A stretch of DNA of 53,624 bases, from positions 1-53,624 of the IMG/VR virus record IMGVR_UViG_3300017785_007857. The stretch is one strand, 5' to 3'. Source of the stretch: a virus. Lineage: Duplodnaviria > Caudoviricetes. The notes beneath the pieces are model-generated. The model worked only from the letters and a program-made list of their open reading frames with translations. It had not been told where the DNA came from and searched no databases. Shown here one piece after another: positions 1 through 7,806 of this stretch (position 1 is its first letter; every line of letters begins with the position of its first letter). The position numbers were made by a program, and so were the translations under genes.

Positions 1-475
1 AGGCCCCATGTCGGTTAGTTTCGTCGGCCCACGTTGAACTATACTGTGGGCTGCAATAGCTACACTTAAGATTGCAAACATTACTAAAATTAACTTCCAC
101 ATAAGTAGGTATGACATCTTCATCTCCGGTTAGGTTTGTTAGATCTATTTCAGCCCAGGGCTCGCCACTACGATAATGCCGGTCTGACAAGTTTCCCATG
201 TCTTCTTGTGTCCAACAGTAACTACATTCCCCGGGACGTTCATTGCGCAACATAATTTTACGTTGTTCTTTTTTATACGGCGTGTTGTGTAACGCACCAG
301 GATTGTCTGCCAACAGTGTGGCATCTATTTCATGCAGCGGTGGATGATAACAACTGTTGGTCATGCCTGTGGTTAGGTGCAAACTGGTCTGACGCCACTT
401 GGCAAAGCAACGTGCAGGTCCAAGCTCGGCCTGCATGCGTTGGGCTGCCCCCATGAAGTCACTGGTATTACTCAT
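1..475 (-). CDS. Radical SAM protein with N-terminal twitch/SPASM-like Cys cluster (partial, runs off the left edge; missing from the ORF track)
   Basis: Hand translation from ATG at 475 gives MSNTSDFMGAAQRMQAELGPARCFAKW...SCYHPP...ECSYCW...YVEVNFSNVCNLKCSYCSPQYSSTW, with a canonical CxxxCxxC motif. Confidence 0.9.
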   Translation of the reverse strand, partial: MSNTSDFMGAAQRMQAELGPARCFAKWRQTSLHLTTGMTNSCYHPPLHEIDATLLADNPGALHNTPYKKEQRKIMLRNERPGECSYCWTQEDMGNLSDRHYRSGEPWAEIDLTNLTGDEDVIPTYVEVNFSNVCNLKCSYCSPQYSSTWADETNRHGA

Positions 476-1487
476 TTCGTAACTTCCAGTAAAAATCGTC
501 GGGCAATAAGTTTTTGAACATCTGGTAGTTGTGATCCAATACTGGTTGCATCTCTGTGTACATTTTGCAGAGTTCTGCCGGAGACAAGGTAGCAAGTCTA
601 TCAATGACTTTTTTTATTTCGTGAATTTGATGTGTGGGAGGATCTTCGCTGTATCCTTCATCCCACCAACGATCAAATGTTGCAAAGCCCAGGCGTTTTA
701 GATTTTTTAAAAACCACTGTGGGCCTTGTACAATAAACGGCGTCTTAAGAGCAATGGGTCTCCAGGTTTTTTCAGTGACAAAGAATGTGTCGCCAGTGTA
801 GAATGTTTCACAAACTATTTCTGCTAAAAAATTTGAATACTGGTCCACCAACTGTGTTTTGTCAGCCAGCAAAAATTGATGTGCAGGATTATAATCAGCG
901 TTTATGTCAATGTCAACAACCTCATTGCCTTCCAACAACACCGGGCATTGATTTAAAAATGCAGCATGACTGGTGAGATCCTTGACGCCAAATGTTTGAC
1001 GCAGGTCTTCTAGTCCAATGTTGTCACGATGAAATTCAACCCGGTCATTGAAGTGATAGGTAAGATAACTCTGTGTTGAATAATGCTTGGCAATGTATGT
1101 GGCTAAATCCAATCTAGGGGCATTGCTGCGTCCAACAAACAACGCAAATGGCAGTAAATTTTGAGTCTTGTCAACAGGACTTCCATAGGTCTTTGCTTTG
1201 TTGACCATGTGATACATGTTGGTAAATTTAATGTTAAATTTGGCACGTTGCTTCACGGCGTTGGAAGTTGCTACTAATAAGTTGGTTAGATCATAATTTG
1301 TTTGTTTGGCTAACTTTTCAATGATATCTTCTATGCCCAGGCTGTGTATACAAGGCCCTTCGCCAAGAAAATCAATCACAATGTTGTTGCCAGTACACAT
1401 AGCCACAGCAAGTTCTGCCACAAATTCCGCACGATTCCAGACAATGCTATCGCTGGTTTTGACTTTGATCTTAACTGTTGGCATCAC
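468..1487 (-). CDS. Putative glycosyltransferase (GT-B, GT10/exostosin-like C-terminus)
   Basis: 339-aa ORF; EIVCET...FVTEKTWRPIALKTPFIVQG resembles the TEK motif of GT10-type enzymes; lies in a glycosyltransferase cluster. Confidence 0.55.
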   Translation of the reverse strand: MMPTVKIKVKTSDSIVWNRAEFVAELAVAMCTGNNIVIDFLGEGPCIHSLGIEDIIEKLAKQTNYDLTNLLVATSNAVKQRAKFNIKFTNMYHMVNKAKTYGSPVDKTQNLLPFALFVGRSNAPRLDLATYIAKHYSTQSYLTYHFNDRVEFHRDNIGLEDLRQTFGVKDLTSHAAFLNQCPVLLEGNEVVDIDINADYNPAHQFLLADKTQLVDQYSNFLAEIVCETFYTGDTFFVTEKTWRPIALKTPFIVQGPQWFLKNLKRLGFATFDRWWDEGYSEDPPTHQIHEIKKVIDRLATLSPAELCKMYTEMQPVLDHNYQMFKNLLPDDFYWKLRNE

Positions 1488-2382
1488 GTTCTGAGACCAT
1501 TATTCCAAGATTGCGCCAGCTTACTTTGTAGTGGTGCTTGAAGAATTCACTGTCTTCGGCTGTCATAAAGTTCATTGGTAGGTCAAGTTGTGTTTTGAGC
1601 TCATCTGCCACTCGCCCTGCTATAATGTCAGGATGATAATCTTTCACTGTTTCCCACAATTTAGCAAGTTCATCAAAATCCTGAACTTTGGTGTAATCCC
1701 ATTCGGTGAGCATTGTCATGTACGTACCTTGCCTGGCGCCAGCAATACACCATGTGCCATTGACAGCATCTCTGCCCACGTTGTGCCAAATAGTTAGATT
1801 GTCCAGATTACGCGACGCCACTCGTTGTTTGAATTCATTTAGAGTGGGCTTGCTGCCTCTATCCAGGCACATTTTAACACCCTCTCTAAATCCAGCACGC
1901 CAGGCTTGAAAGTCCGTGGTATTGATATATGTTGTTGAGTAACAATCATGCATTGCCCAGTACTGGGAGTGAAAACAAAACTCCACAGCAGTTTTATCTT
2001 GACCATCACTGGCTTCGTGCGTTTGCATGTTTAAAGCAAACTCCCTTGTCCAACAGCTTATACCACCGTTGCCATACATTAGTCCATTGACACTATTCCT
2101 AGCACGCCAGCGAAATACACAGTCAAGATTGGTATCATCCAACTCCAGTGTGCATGAAAAAAAGCCAATATCAGGGATATTATCACCATCAATGAGCACA
2201 AACCTATCAGTGGTGGACGCCATGGCTGCCGCTTTGTGAGCGGCGTCTGATCCTTTAATACCATCCACTCGTCGTGCCCAGGGTACCATGTTCCGAACAC
2301 GTACCCAATTCGCCTCAGCATTAGGTTCATCATAAGTTAAAAATACGCAATCTAAATCTGCAATATCAATCGTCTGACTCAT
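1471..2382 (-). CDS. Putative GT-A fold glycosyltransferase
   Basis: 303 aa; N-terminal VFLTYDE strand, AAHKAAA helix, FVLIDGDN (DxD), YGNGG. Confidence 0.65.
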   Translation of the reverse strand: MSQTIDIADLDCVFLTYDEPNAEANWVRVRNMVPWARRVDGIKGSDAAHKAAAMASTTDRFVLIDGDNIPDIGFFSCTLELDDTNLDCVFRWRARNSVNGLMYGNGGISCWTREFALNMQTHEASDGQDKTAVEFCFHSQYWAMHDCYSTTYINTTDFQAWRAGFREGVKMCLDRGSKPTLNEFKQRVASRNLDNLTIWHNVGRDAVNGTWCIAGARQGTYMTMLTEWDYTKVQDFDELAKLWETVKDYHPDIIAGRVADELKTQLDLPMNFMTAEDSEFFKHHYKVSWRNLGIMVSERDANS

Positions 2383-2713
2383 AATTTTTCAATACCCATT
2401 TGAAATTTTCTTTGTTTGCATCTACTATCACTGCAACATCATCAACATGACACGCAGTTCCTTGATCGCTTGGCACTAGTTTGGAAGTGTGCGCGGGATT
2501 GATCTTTACAATCTTTCCATCAAGAACTTTGATGTTAGTCTTGTTGGCTCTGAAGGTTTCTACATCAATTTCAATATAGTTACCAGGCACATCCTCCATG
2601 CTGTAGAATAGCGCAGTGCCTTGATCATCGTAATACAGTCTGTAAAAGACAGCGTGACGAGTGTCAACCAAAAGCTTTGAAACTTCTTCCCAAAAATCTG
2701 TTACATTGTCCAT
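2366..2713 (-). CDS. Hypothetical protein (start reassigned to MDNVTDFW)
   Basis: ATG at 2713 overlaps the end of the upstream gene, consistent with translational coupling; the track start at 2782 would overlap it by about 80 nt. Confidence 0.7.
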   Translation of the reverse strand: MDNVTDFWEEVSKLLVDTRHAVFYRLYYDDQGTALFYSMEDVPGNYIEIDVETFRANKTNIKVLDGKIVKINPAHTSKLVPSDQGTACHVDDVAVIVDANKENFKWVLKNYESDD

Positions 2714-3432
2714 GTTTTTTGATGATAGTGAAATGCCCCCCACTGAGTCACTGTTTGTACTCTTAGAGGATTGGTTTCCCAAACCAATTCTTTGGTCCAG
2801 TCTTCTGTGGCAATAGGTATAATGTGTTTTTTCATGTGTACTATTTTAGGATAACTTGCAAACGGCAGAGTACATAGATCAGGCCCAATAATCTGCGCAG
2901 CAATAGCATAGACTAGATCAGTTGACGCTTCGTCATTGCAAAACTTCAACAAACTTCTATACTGATACCAATTCTCAAAAATATTTTGTACCAAGGTAAA
3001 AAATTCATGTGCCAAGTCACTACGGCGCCAGTAAGTCACAGCGTTATAGACATCAGGCAAGTTGTTGCTGTCAAAAGTTTTTCTGTAAAATCTTGATGCA
3101 GCCGGTTGATCATAGAAATCTCTGCACCCAGTGCTGATTACTAAATCTCTGTGTTCTAACATTGTCCACCAGTGCGCAATTGACGAAGCAATTACCATGT
3201 CGGCTTCTAATTTTATAGTTTGTCGGTAAGGACTCAACGCATAGGCATAGATGTCATTGCCATATCCAAGGAGTTTGTAAGGAATATCATCGTTGCCTAT
3301 AATTGTTACTTGGGCTGAGTTATCAAATGACTGAATACTCTGTTTGAGCTGTTCGGCGCAGCGACGATAATCAACTGTGTCAGTATCAAACGCAGGAATG
3401 ATGTATCCGCGTTCAGCTATTATCTTGCGCAA
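2701..3432 (-). CDS. Putative GT-A (GT8-like) nucleotide-diphospho-sugar transferase
   Basis: SPYRQTIKLEADM (DxD-like), STDLVYAIA, VHMK; paralogous in pattern to 3413-4210. Confidence 0.6.
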   Translation of the reverse strand: MRKIIAERGYIIPAFDTDTVDYRRCAEQLKQSIQSFDNSAQVTIIGNDDIPYKLLGYGNDIYAYALSPYRQTIKLEADMVIASSIAHWWTMLEHRDLVISTGCRDFYDQPAASRFYRKTFDSNNLPDVYNAVTYWRRSDLAHEFFTLVQNIFENWYQYRSLLKFCNDEASTDLVYAIAAQIIGPDLCTLPFASYPKIVHMKKHIIPIATEDWTKELVWETNPLRVQTVTQWGAFHYHQKTWTM

Positions 3433-4210
3433 TCAACGTCTCCAAATGTTTTTTGCCCATGGCATGAAAATCAAGATTTTTCAACCGAACCCAAACGTTT
3501 TTATTGTCTCTAACAAAGTCAAATTGATATGCATCATCAGCTCGTGTGATTTTTACATCTGGCATAGCAGTGGGCATGCTTGATACTGAAGATTTAATTT
3601 TGATAGTATGACCAGAAAGCAAACCAAGCGCAATGCTCAATGCATAGTCATTCCTAAAATTTGTTTGTGCAATTTTATACAAGTTACGATAGTGCTGCCA
3701 GTTGTCTCGTATCATGCGCATTGAATCAAATATATAACGAGATGTGTTGGTTTTGTCAAACATCATCACAGTGGCCCACCACATTGGAAATTGGTGAGTG
3801 CCAAATGTTTGTAGATCAATCATTGGAGTTCGACCGGTTATATCAAATGCTTTTTTGTAGCACATAAATTCTTGATCAATGTTCATCCAAGAGTTTAAAA
3901 GATTGCTACCAACCACATAATCTGCATCCAACAACAGTGTTCGACCATACGGTGTAAGATCCAATGCATCCACTCTATTGCCATTGTACCAACTGACAGC
4001 ACTGCCAACGTCTTCAAAATATCTTGTACCTGCGGCAGGTTTCTCAACTACTATGACCTGATCAAAGATTGAATTTTTAATGGACTGGTCTGTTACCAAG
4101 GTTGTTGGTAGTCCCAGGAACTGATTGATGTTGTGAGCATTCCAAGTTGCCAGTTTGACATAGTCAAGTTTCTGATTGTTGAACGCAAATATCATTGCGC
4201 CTTGCGTCAT
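3413..4210 (-). CDS. Putative GT-A (GT8-like) nucleotide-diphospho-sugar transferase
   Basis: TPYGRTLLLDADY (DxD), WATVMMF, RNDYALSIA, HAMGK. Confidence 0.65.
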   Translation of the reverse strand: MTQGAMIFAFNNQKLDYVKLATWNAHNINQFLGLPTTLVTDQSIKNSIFDQVIVVEKPAAGTRYFEDVGSAVSWYNGNRVDALDLTPYGRTLLLDADYVVGSNLLNSWMNIDQEFMCYKKAFDITGRTPMIDLQTFGTHQFPMWWATVMMFDKTNTSRYIFDSMRMIRDNWQHYRNLYKIAQTNFRNDYALSIALGLLSGHTIKIKSSVSSMPTAMPDVKITRADDAYQFDFVRDNKNVWVRLKNLDFHAMGKKHLETLIAQDNS

Positions 4211-4515
4211 CGACGTTTCCTTGAATCTTCAAGTTCTATTAGCCAGGCTGTCATTTGCTCTTGCCAACGTTGTTTGGCTAAATCAAACAATTCTTGTGCA
4301 TTGACTTGAACTGGATTGTCATACAAATCCAAAATTACTAACGGAGTGCCGTCACTGCAAATATTCAGTATATTCAACAATTCTGGGCCGGCACGCCACA
4401 TACCGCCGGCATGTGCAAATAGCATTTTGGCTTCGTACTTTTCTTTTAATACACGCCGATTTGCTTCGTGTGCAAATCTTGCTTTGGCAGTGGTTAGTAT
4501 CTTGTCAGTATCCAT
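4207..4515 (-). CDS. Hypothetical protein (start MDTDKIL; possibly DUF4376-like)
   Basis: ATG at 4515 lies 6 nt downstream of a TATAAT; stop overlaps the next start (ATGA). Confidence 0.7.
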   Translation of the reverse strand: MDTDKILTTAKARFAHEANRRVLKEKYEAKMLFAHAGGMWRAGPELLNILNICSDGTPLVILDLYDNPVQVNAQELFDLAKQRWQEQMTAWLIELEDSRKRR

Positions 4516-4521
4516 TGTGTT

Positions 4522-4550
4522 ATTATACAGGAATTCCAATCAAAAGTAAA
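4522..4550 (-). promoter_or_regulatory. Sigma70-type promoter for the glycosyltransferase/radical SAM operon
   Basis: Minus strand TTTACT-N17-TATAAT, with ATG 6 nt downstream. Confidence 0.7.
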
Positions 4551-4568
4551 GGGCCCGCAGGCCCTTTT
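4541..4568 (-). terminator. Intrinsic terminator ending the tail/baseplate transcript (possibly bidirectional)
   Basis: AAAGGGCC-cgca-GGCCCTTT 8-bp stem at 4548-4567; reads ...GGCCCTTTACTTTT on the minus strand. Confidence 0.85.
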
Positions 4569-4586
4569 GGATTAATGCTGCCACTA

Positions 4587-5567
4587 TTATGTAGTAGTTG
4601 CTGCAACTGCAGGAGTTCCCCAGGCAGCGGTTGTTAAGTATGTACTCGAAGGCGGATAGTATGTTACAATAGTGGAAGGTGCAGTACCGTGAGTTGCGAG
4701 GCTTGGTGCCGTACCGCCACTCTGAGCATCATTTTGTCCAGGATCATTGAACCAGGTTGTGGTTAGATCCAATGTAGTACCAGTGTTGCCAGTTTTAGCT
4801 TGAACTCCAATGTAGTTAGCGGTGTATGGTGCACTGTCGGCAAATTGTTTGTAAATTTCTGTGTTTGTGGTAAGCAATTGGAACCAACCAGTGGTGCCAT
4901 ACATTGTGCCACTAGGAGTAGTCGGAGTTCCAGTCCCGCCAATCACGGTGGTTCCACTGTAAAGTGTACCTCCAATAGTTGCGTTTGCTCCGGTGGATCG
5001 ACCAGAAATCCAAACAGCACCTGCCAGGGTTGATGCTAGGTCATTCCATTCTGCATCGCCTTGCTCACCAGTCGACGATTTCCCAAAAGTTATTTTGACC
5101 AAACCGCCAGCATTGAAAAAATATCGAGCTGCGTCGGCCGAAGCAAAGGTCACAGTGTGTGTAAAAGTGATATTTGTGCCCGCGCCGGTCCCACTAGTTT
5201 TTCCAGAAGTACCTGTCCAACCAGTGTACTGACTTCCCACTGCTACGGCGTTGCCGCGATTGTTGTTGAGGTTTGTTAGATCTGTTGCTAGGTTGTTGAA
5301 AATTGTAACTGTGCCTCCAGTAGTTGGAGCCGCTCTAGAAGTAATGGTGACACCGGTTTGGCTACCCATTGAAGTCACTGTGTTAACCAATGTAGCCCAC
5401 TGAGTGGCAGTGATGGATCCTAGAGTAGAGACTGTGTTAATTGATGTTTCTCCCCAGCCACTGTTGCCAGAACCTGCGCCCCAGATTACATTTACATTGG
5501 GACTGCCAGTGCTGACAAATCCATTGTAGTCTGTGGCTTCAATTAGTCCACCTGCTGTATAAGTCAT
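4587..5567 (-). CDS. Virion structural protein (tail or fibre associated)
   Basis: 326 aa, G/T/S-rich beta-type composition; directly follows the tail fibre gene. Confidence 0.6.
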   Translation of the reverse strand: MTYTAGGLIEATDYNGFVSTGSPNVNVIWGAGSGNSGWGETSINTVSTLGSITATQWATLVNTVTSMGSQTGVTITSRAAPTTGGTVTIFNNLATDLTNLNNNRGNAVAVGSQYTGWTGTSGKTSGTGAGTNITFTHTVTFASADAARYFFNAGGLVKITFGKSSTGEQGDAEWNDLASTLAGAVWISGRSTGANATIGGTLYSGTTVIGGTGTPTTPSGTMYGTTGWFQLLTTNTEIYKQFADSAPYTANYIGVQAKTGNTGTTLDLTTTWFNDPGQNDAQSGGTAPSLATHGTAPSTIVTYYPPSSTYLTTAAWGTPAVAATTT

Positions 5568-5576
5568 ATCTGTTCC

Positions 5577-6959
5577 TTACTTAATCATAACAACTGCCTC
5601 AACCATGCTTTCTCCAACAGTAGTTTTATCTACCAAAGCACGACCAATGACATTAAACGATGTGGCTTCTCCTAGAGCTGCTGCCCTAGCAGTACCATCA
5701 CCAGCTGACACAAGCCTGTCACCTTTTTTGATAATGCCCACGCATTTAACAGGGACTCTACCAGTAATTGCAACTGGAGGATGTGTGTCGTCTTCGCCTG
5801 CGCCGCCATTCATTAGATATGCAGCATTGGTGCTGATAACTCCAAATACGTTATCACTGAGTTCTTCTCTGGCACGTGTAATTTCTTTTTCGCCGCCCAA
5901 CTCAACCACAGTTCCGGCTTCAAGAATGTCATCAGCTGCGAATCGTTCTGCAACGTCAGCATAGAGTGCTGTGGTTGCTGTGGCAAATACTCGGTTAAAA
6001 TAACTAGTACTTGATCCAACGTTACCAACTGCATTTGGACCACTGTGATTAACATCGGTACAAGTCAATACATTGCCAAAATTGACATTGCCATTGGCAC
6101 CATCTAGTGTCATAATTGTAGTAGTAAGTCCACCTTTGTTGACACTGAACACAATATTACCGTCTTGAGTTTGATTCTGCAATGTGACCACGCCTGCTGC
6201 AACACTGGCTTTGAAGTCGTTTGATGCACCAACTGTCAACCCGGTATTATTTTGTACATTGAGTGCTACACTCATGGTTTGTGTTGATCCAGAGTTGCGT
6301 ACAAAACTAGTTGATGTCAGTCCGTTCAGTGAAGTAGCGTTGTTTGCGGTACCGTAAAATCCTGGTATCACTCCATCAACACTGCTGGCCAATGTTAGGC
6401 CGGGTCGAACGTTTGCAAATCCAGTGATGCCTGCTCCACTGGGGACAAAATCAGCATCTTTGCTGAATATTCCAACAACAGCATTGGCCACTGTCATTTC
6501 AATCACAGTATGTGTGTTACCAATGTTGTCAACAATTGATATTGGCACAGCGCCGGTAGTGCCAGTGGTGCTATTGAATTGTGGGCCAACTAAGATAAAT
6601 GCGTTGCCGGAGTAGACTTTGAGCTGTTGATTCACAGTATCATACCATAAATCACCGGTGTTGTTGTTGCTGGGAGCGGATGCACTGGCAGTGGCGCCGC
6701 CTAGGCTTTTCCAGCTAACACCACTCCAGACTTGAATAACTTTGGTTGTGGTGTTGAACCATAGCTGGCCAACAAGGGGTGCTGCTGGTGCTGTGCCGTT
6801 GGCAGCATTTTCCAGTAGATGAACAAAGTTTTCATCAAGAAATGCTCCGTATCCTGGATAGTTTTTTCCTACCAAAACCATGTTTGAACTGGTATTGATA
6901 GTGCCATCTGAAATTGTGGCAAACGGAGTGCCGTTTGTTAAGTTAATCTGATATGCCAT
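5577..6959 (-). CDS. Tail fibre/spike protein with C-terminal intramolecular chaperone (peptidase G2-like autocleavage domain)
   Basis: GQLWFNT and GDLWYDT fibre repeats; C-terminal ALYADVAERF...GVIST...PVAITGRVPVK...KGDRLVS. Confidence 0.8.
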   Translation of the reverse strand: MAYQINLTNGTPFATISDGTINTSSNMVLVGKNYPGYGAFLDENFVHLLENAANGTAPAAPLVGQLWFNTTTKVIQVWSGVSWKSLGGATASASAPSNNNTGDLWYDTVNQQLKVYSGNAFILVGPQFNSTTGTTGAVPISIVDNIGNTHTVIEMTVANAVVGIFSKDADFVPSGAGITGFANVRPGLTLASSVDGVIPGFYGTANNATSLNGLTSTSFVRNSGSTQTMSVALNVQNNTGLTVGASNDFKASVAAGVVTLQNQTQDGNIVFSVNKGGLTTTIMTLDGANGNVNFGNVLTCTDVNHSGPNAVGNVGSSTSYFNRVFATATTALYADVAERFAADDILEAGTVVELGGEKEITRAREELSDNVFGVISTNAAYLMNGGAGEDDTHPPVAITGRVPVKCVGIIKKGDRLVSAGDGTARAAALGEATSFNVIGRALVDKTTVGESMVEAVVMIK

Positions 6960-6981
6960 TGTGGTTTACCTTTTTACCTCA

Positions 6982-6987
6982 TATTTA
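6982..6987 (-). promoter_or_regulatory. T4-like late promoter core TAAATA
   Basis: TAAATA in the intergenic gap upstream of the fibre gene; the same motif recurs before many structural genes. Confidence 0.6.
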
Positions 6988-7009
6988 TTAAGGGTTAATC
7001 TACGCATAT

Positions 7010-7609
7010 TTATGCAGCACTGAGGTTGGTCAGTGTCTGAATGCGTAATGTGTAATCTATTTGTATCTGTCTATTAAGGCTTTTTTGTACTGGGTGGAAA
7101 ATTACATGCGTAATTAAACGCAAATCATCAACGCTGCCATTCCAGGTTTTTAACCCTAATTCATCAAATACATACTCGCCAGCAAAATTTGTAGAATTAT
7201 CAAATGCTTGCTGTCCTGCAGGTTCGCCGTAGTCAAGCAAGCAACGAACTACAATATCACTGTAGACTTTTCCTGGGGTGTGTAAAACTGTCATGTTGTT
7301 GTTGGCAACATCTGTGTTGGCAGCACTGTTATCATCAACCACTTTTGAATATGTTTGGTTGTACAAGTTGGCATTTTGACCAATTGTGTTGGGCGGAAGA
7401 TAGGTAATTACACCGGTGGGGTCAACAGAACTACCGCCGTTTCCAAACGCCATGCTGTATATGTAACCCAGTGGACGATCTGCCAGGGTCTGCGCCATGG
7501 CCAAACTGATGTTTTCGTAATGTATAGCGTTCTTTTTGTCTACAAAAATTTCACCATCATTGGGATCATAAATTTTTACAAACCCTTCAATTTTCACTGG
7601 TATTTCCAT
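7010..7609 (-). CDS. Baseplate/tail collar-type structural protein
   Basis: 199 aa; MAFGNGG...FDELGL...HPVQKSLNR resembles fibre-attachment (tail-collar) domains; context agrees. Confidence 0.55.
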   Translation of the reverse strand: MEIPVKIEGFVKIYDPNDGEIFVDKKNAIHYENISLAMAQTLADRPLGYIYSMAFGNGGSSVDPTGVITYLPPNTIGQNANLYNQTYSKVVDDNSAANTDVANNNMTVLHTPGKVYSDIVVRCLLDYGEPAGQQAFDNSTNFAGEYVFDELGLKTWNGSVDDLRLITHVIFHPVQKSLNRQIQIDYTLRIQTLTNLSAA

Positions 7610-7773
7610 TATGCCCGCCCCTCTACATAAACATATTTGCTGTTGGGGTCTGAGATTTTGAAATGTGCATCAATCTGCACTGATCCAAAGTCGTTGGGCT
7701 GCCCAGATTTGATCCTTGGATCAGAGCCGGACTGTTGTTGGGTCTGTTGATTTGTTGACTCTTTATTTTCCAT
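7609..7773 (-). CDS. Small 54-aa protein (missing from the ORF track)
   Basis: MENKESTNQQTQQQSGSDPRIKSGQPNDFGSVQIDAHFKISDPNSKYVYVEGRA; fills the gap exactly, its TAA overlaps the next ATG, and TAAATA lies 7 nt upstream. Confidence 0.8.
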   Translation of the reverse strand: MENKESTNQQTQQQSGSDPRIKSGQPNDFGSVQIDAHFKISDPNSKYVYVEGRA

Positions 7774-7780
7774 AATGTTC

Positions 7781-7806
7781 TATTTACCTAGGTTACAACC
7801 CACGTA
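7781..7806 (-). promoter_or_regulatory. Late promoter with upstream TACGTGG element
   Basis: TACGTGG followed by TAAATA at the same spacing as at 25351 and 33466. Confidence 0.6.
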
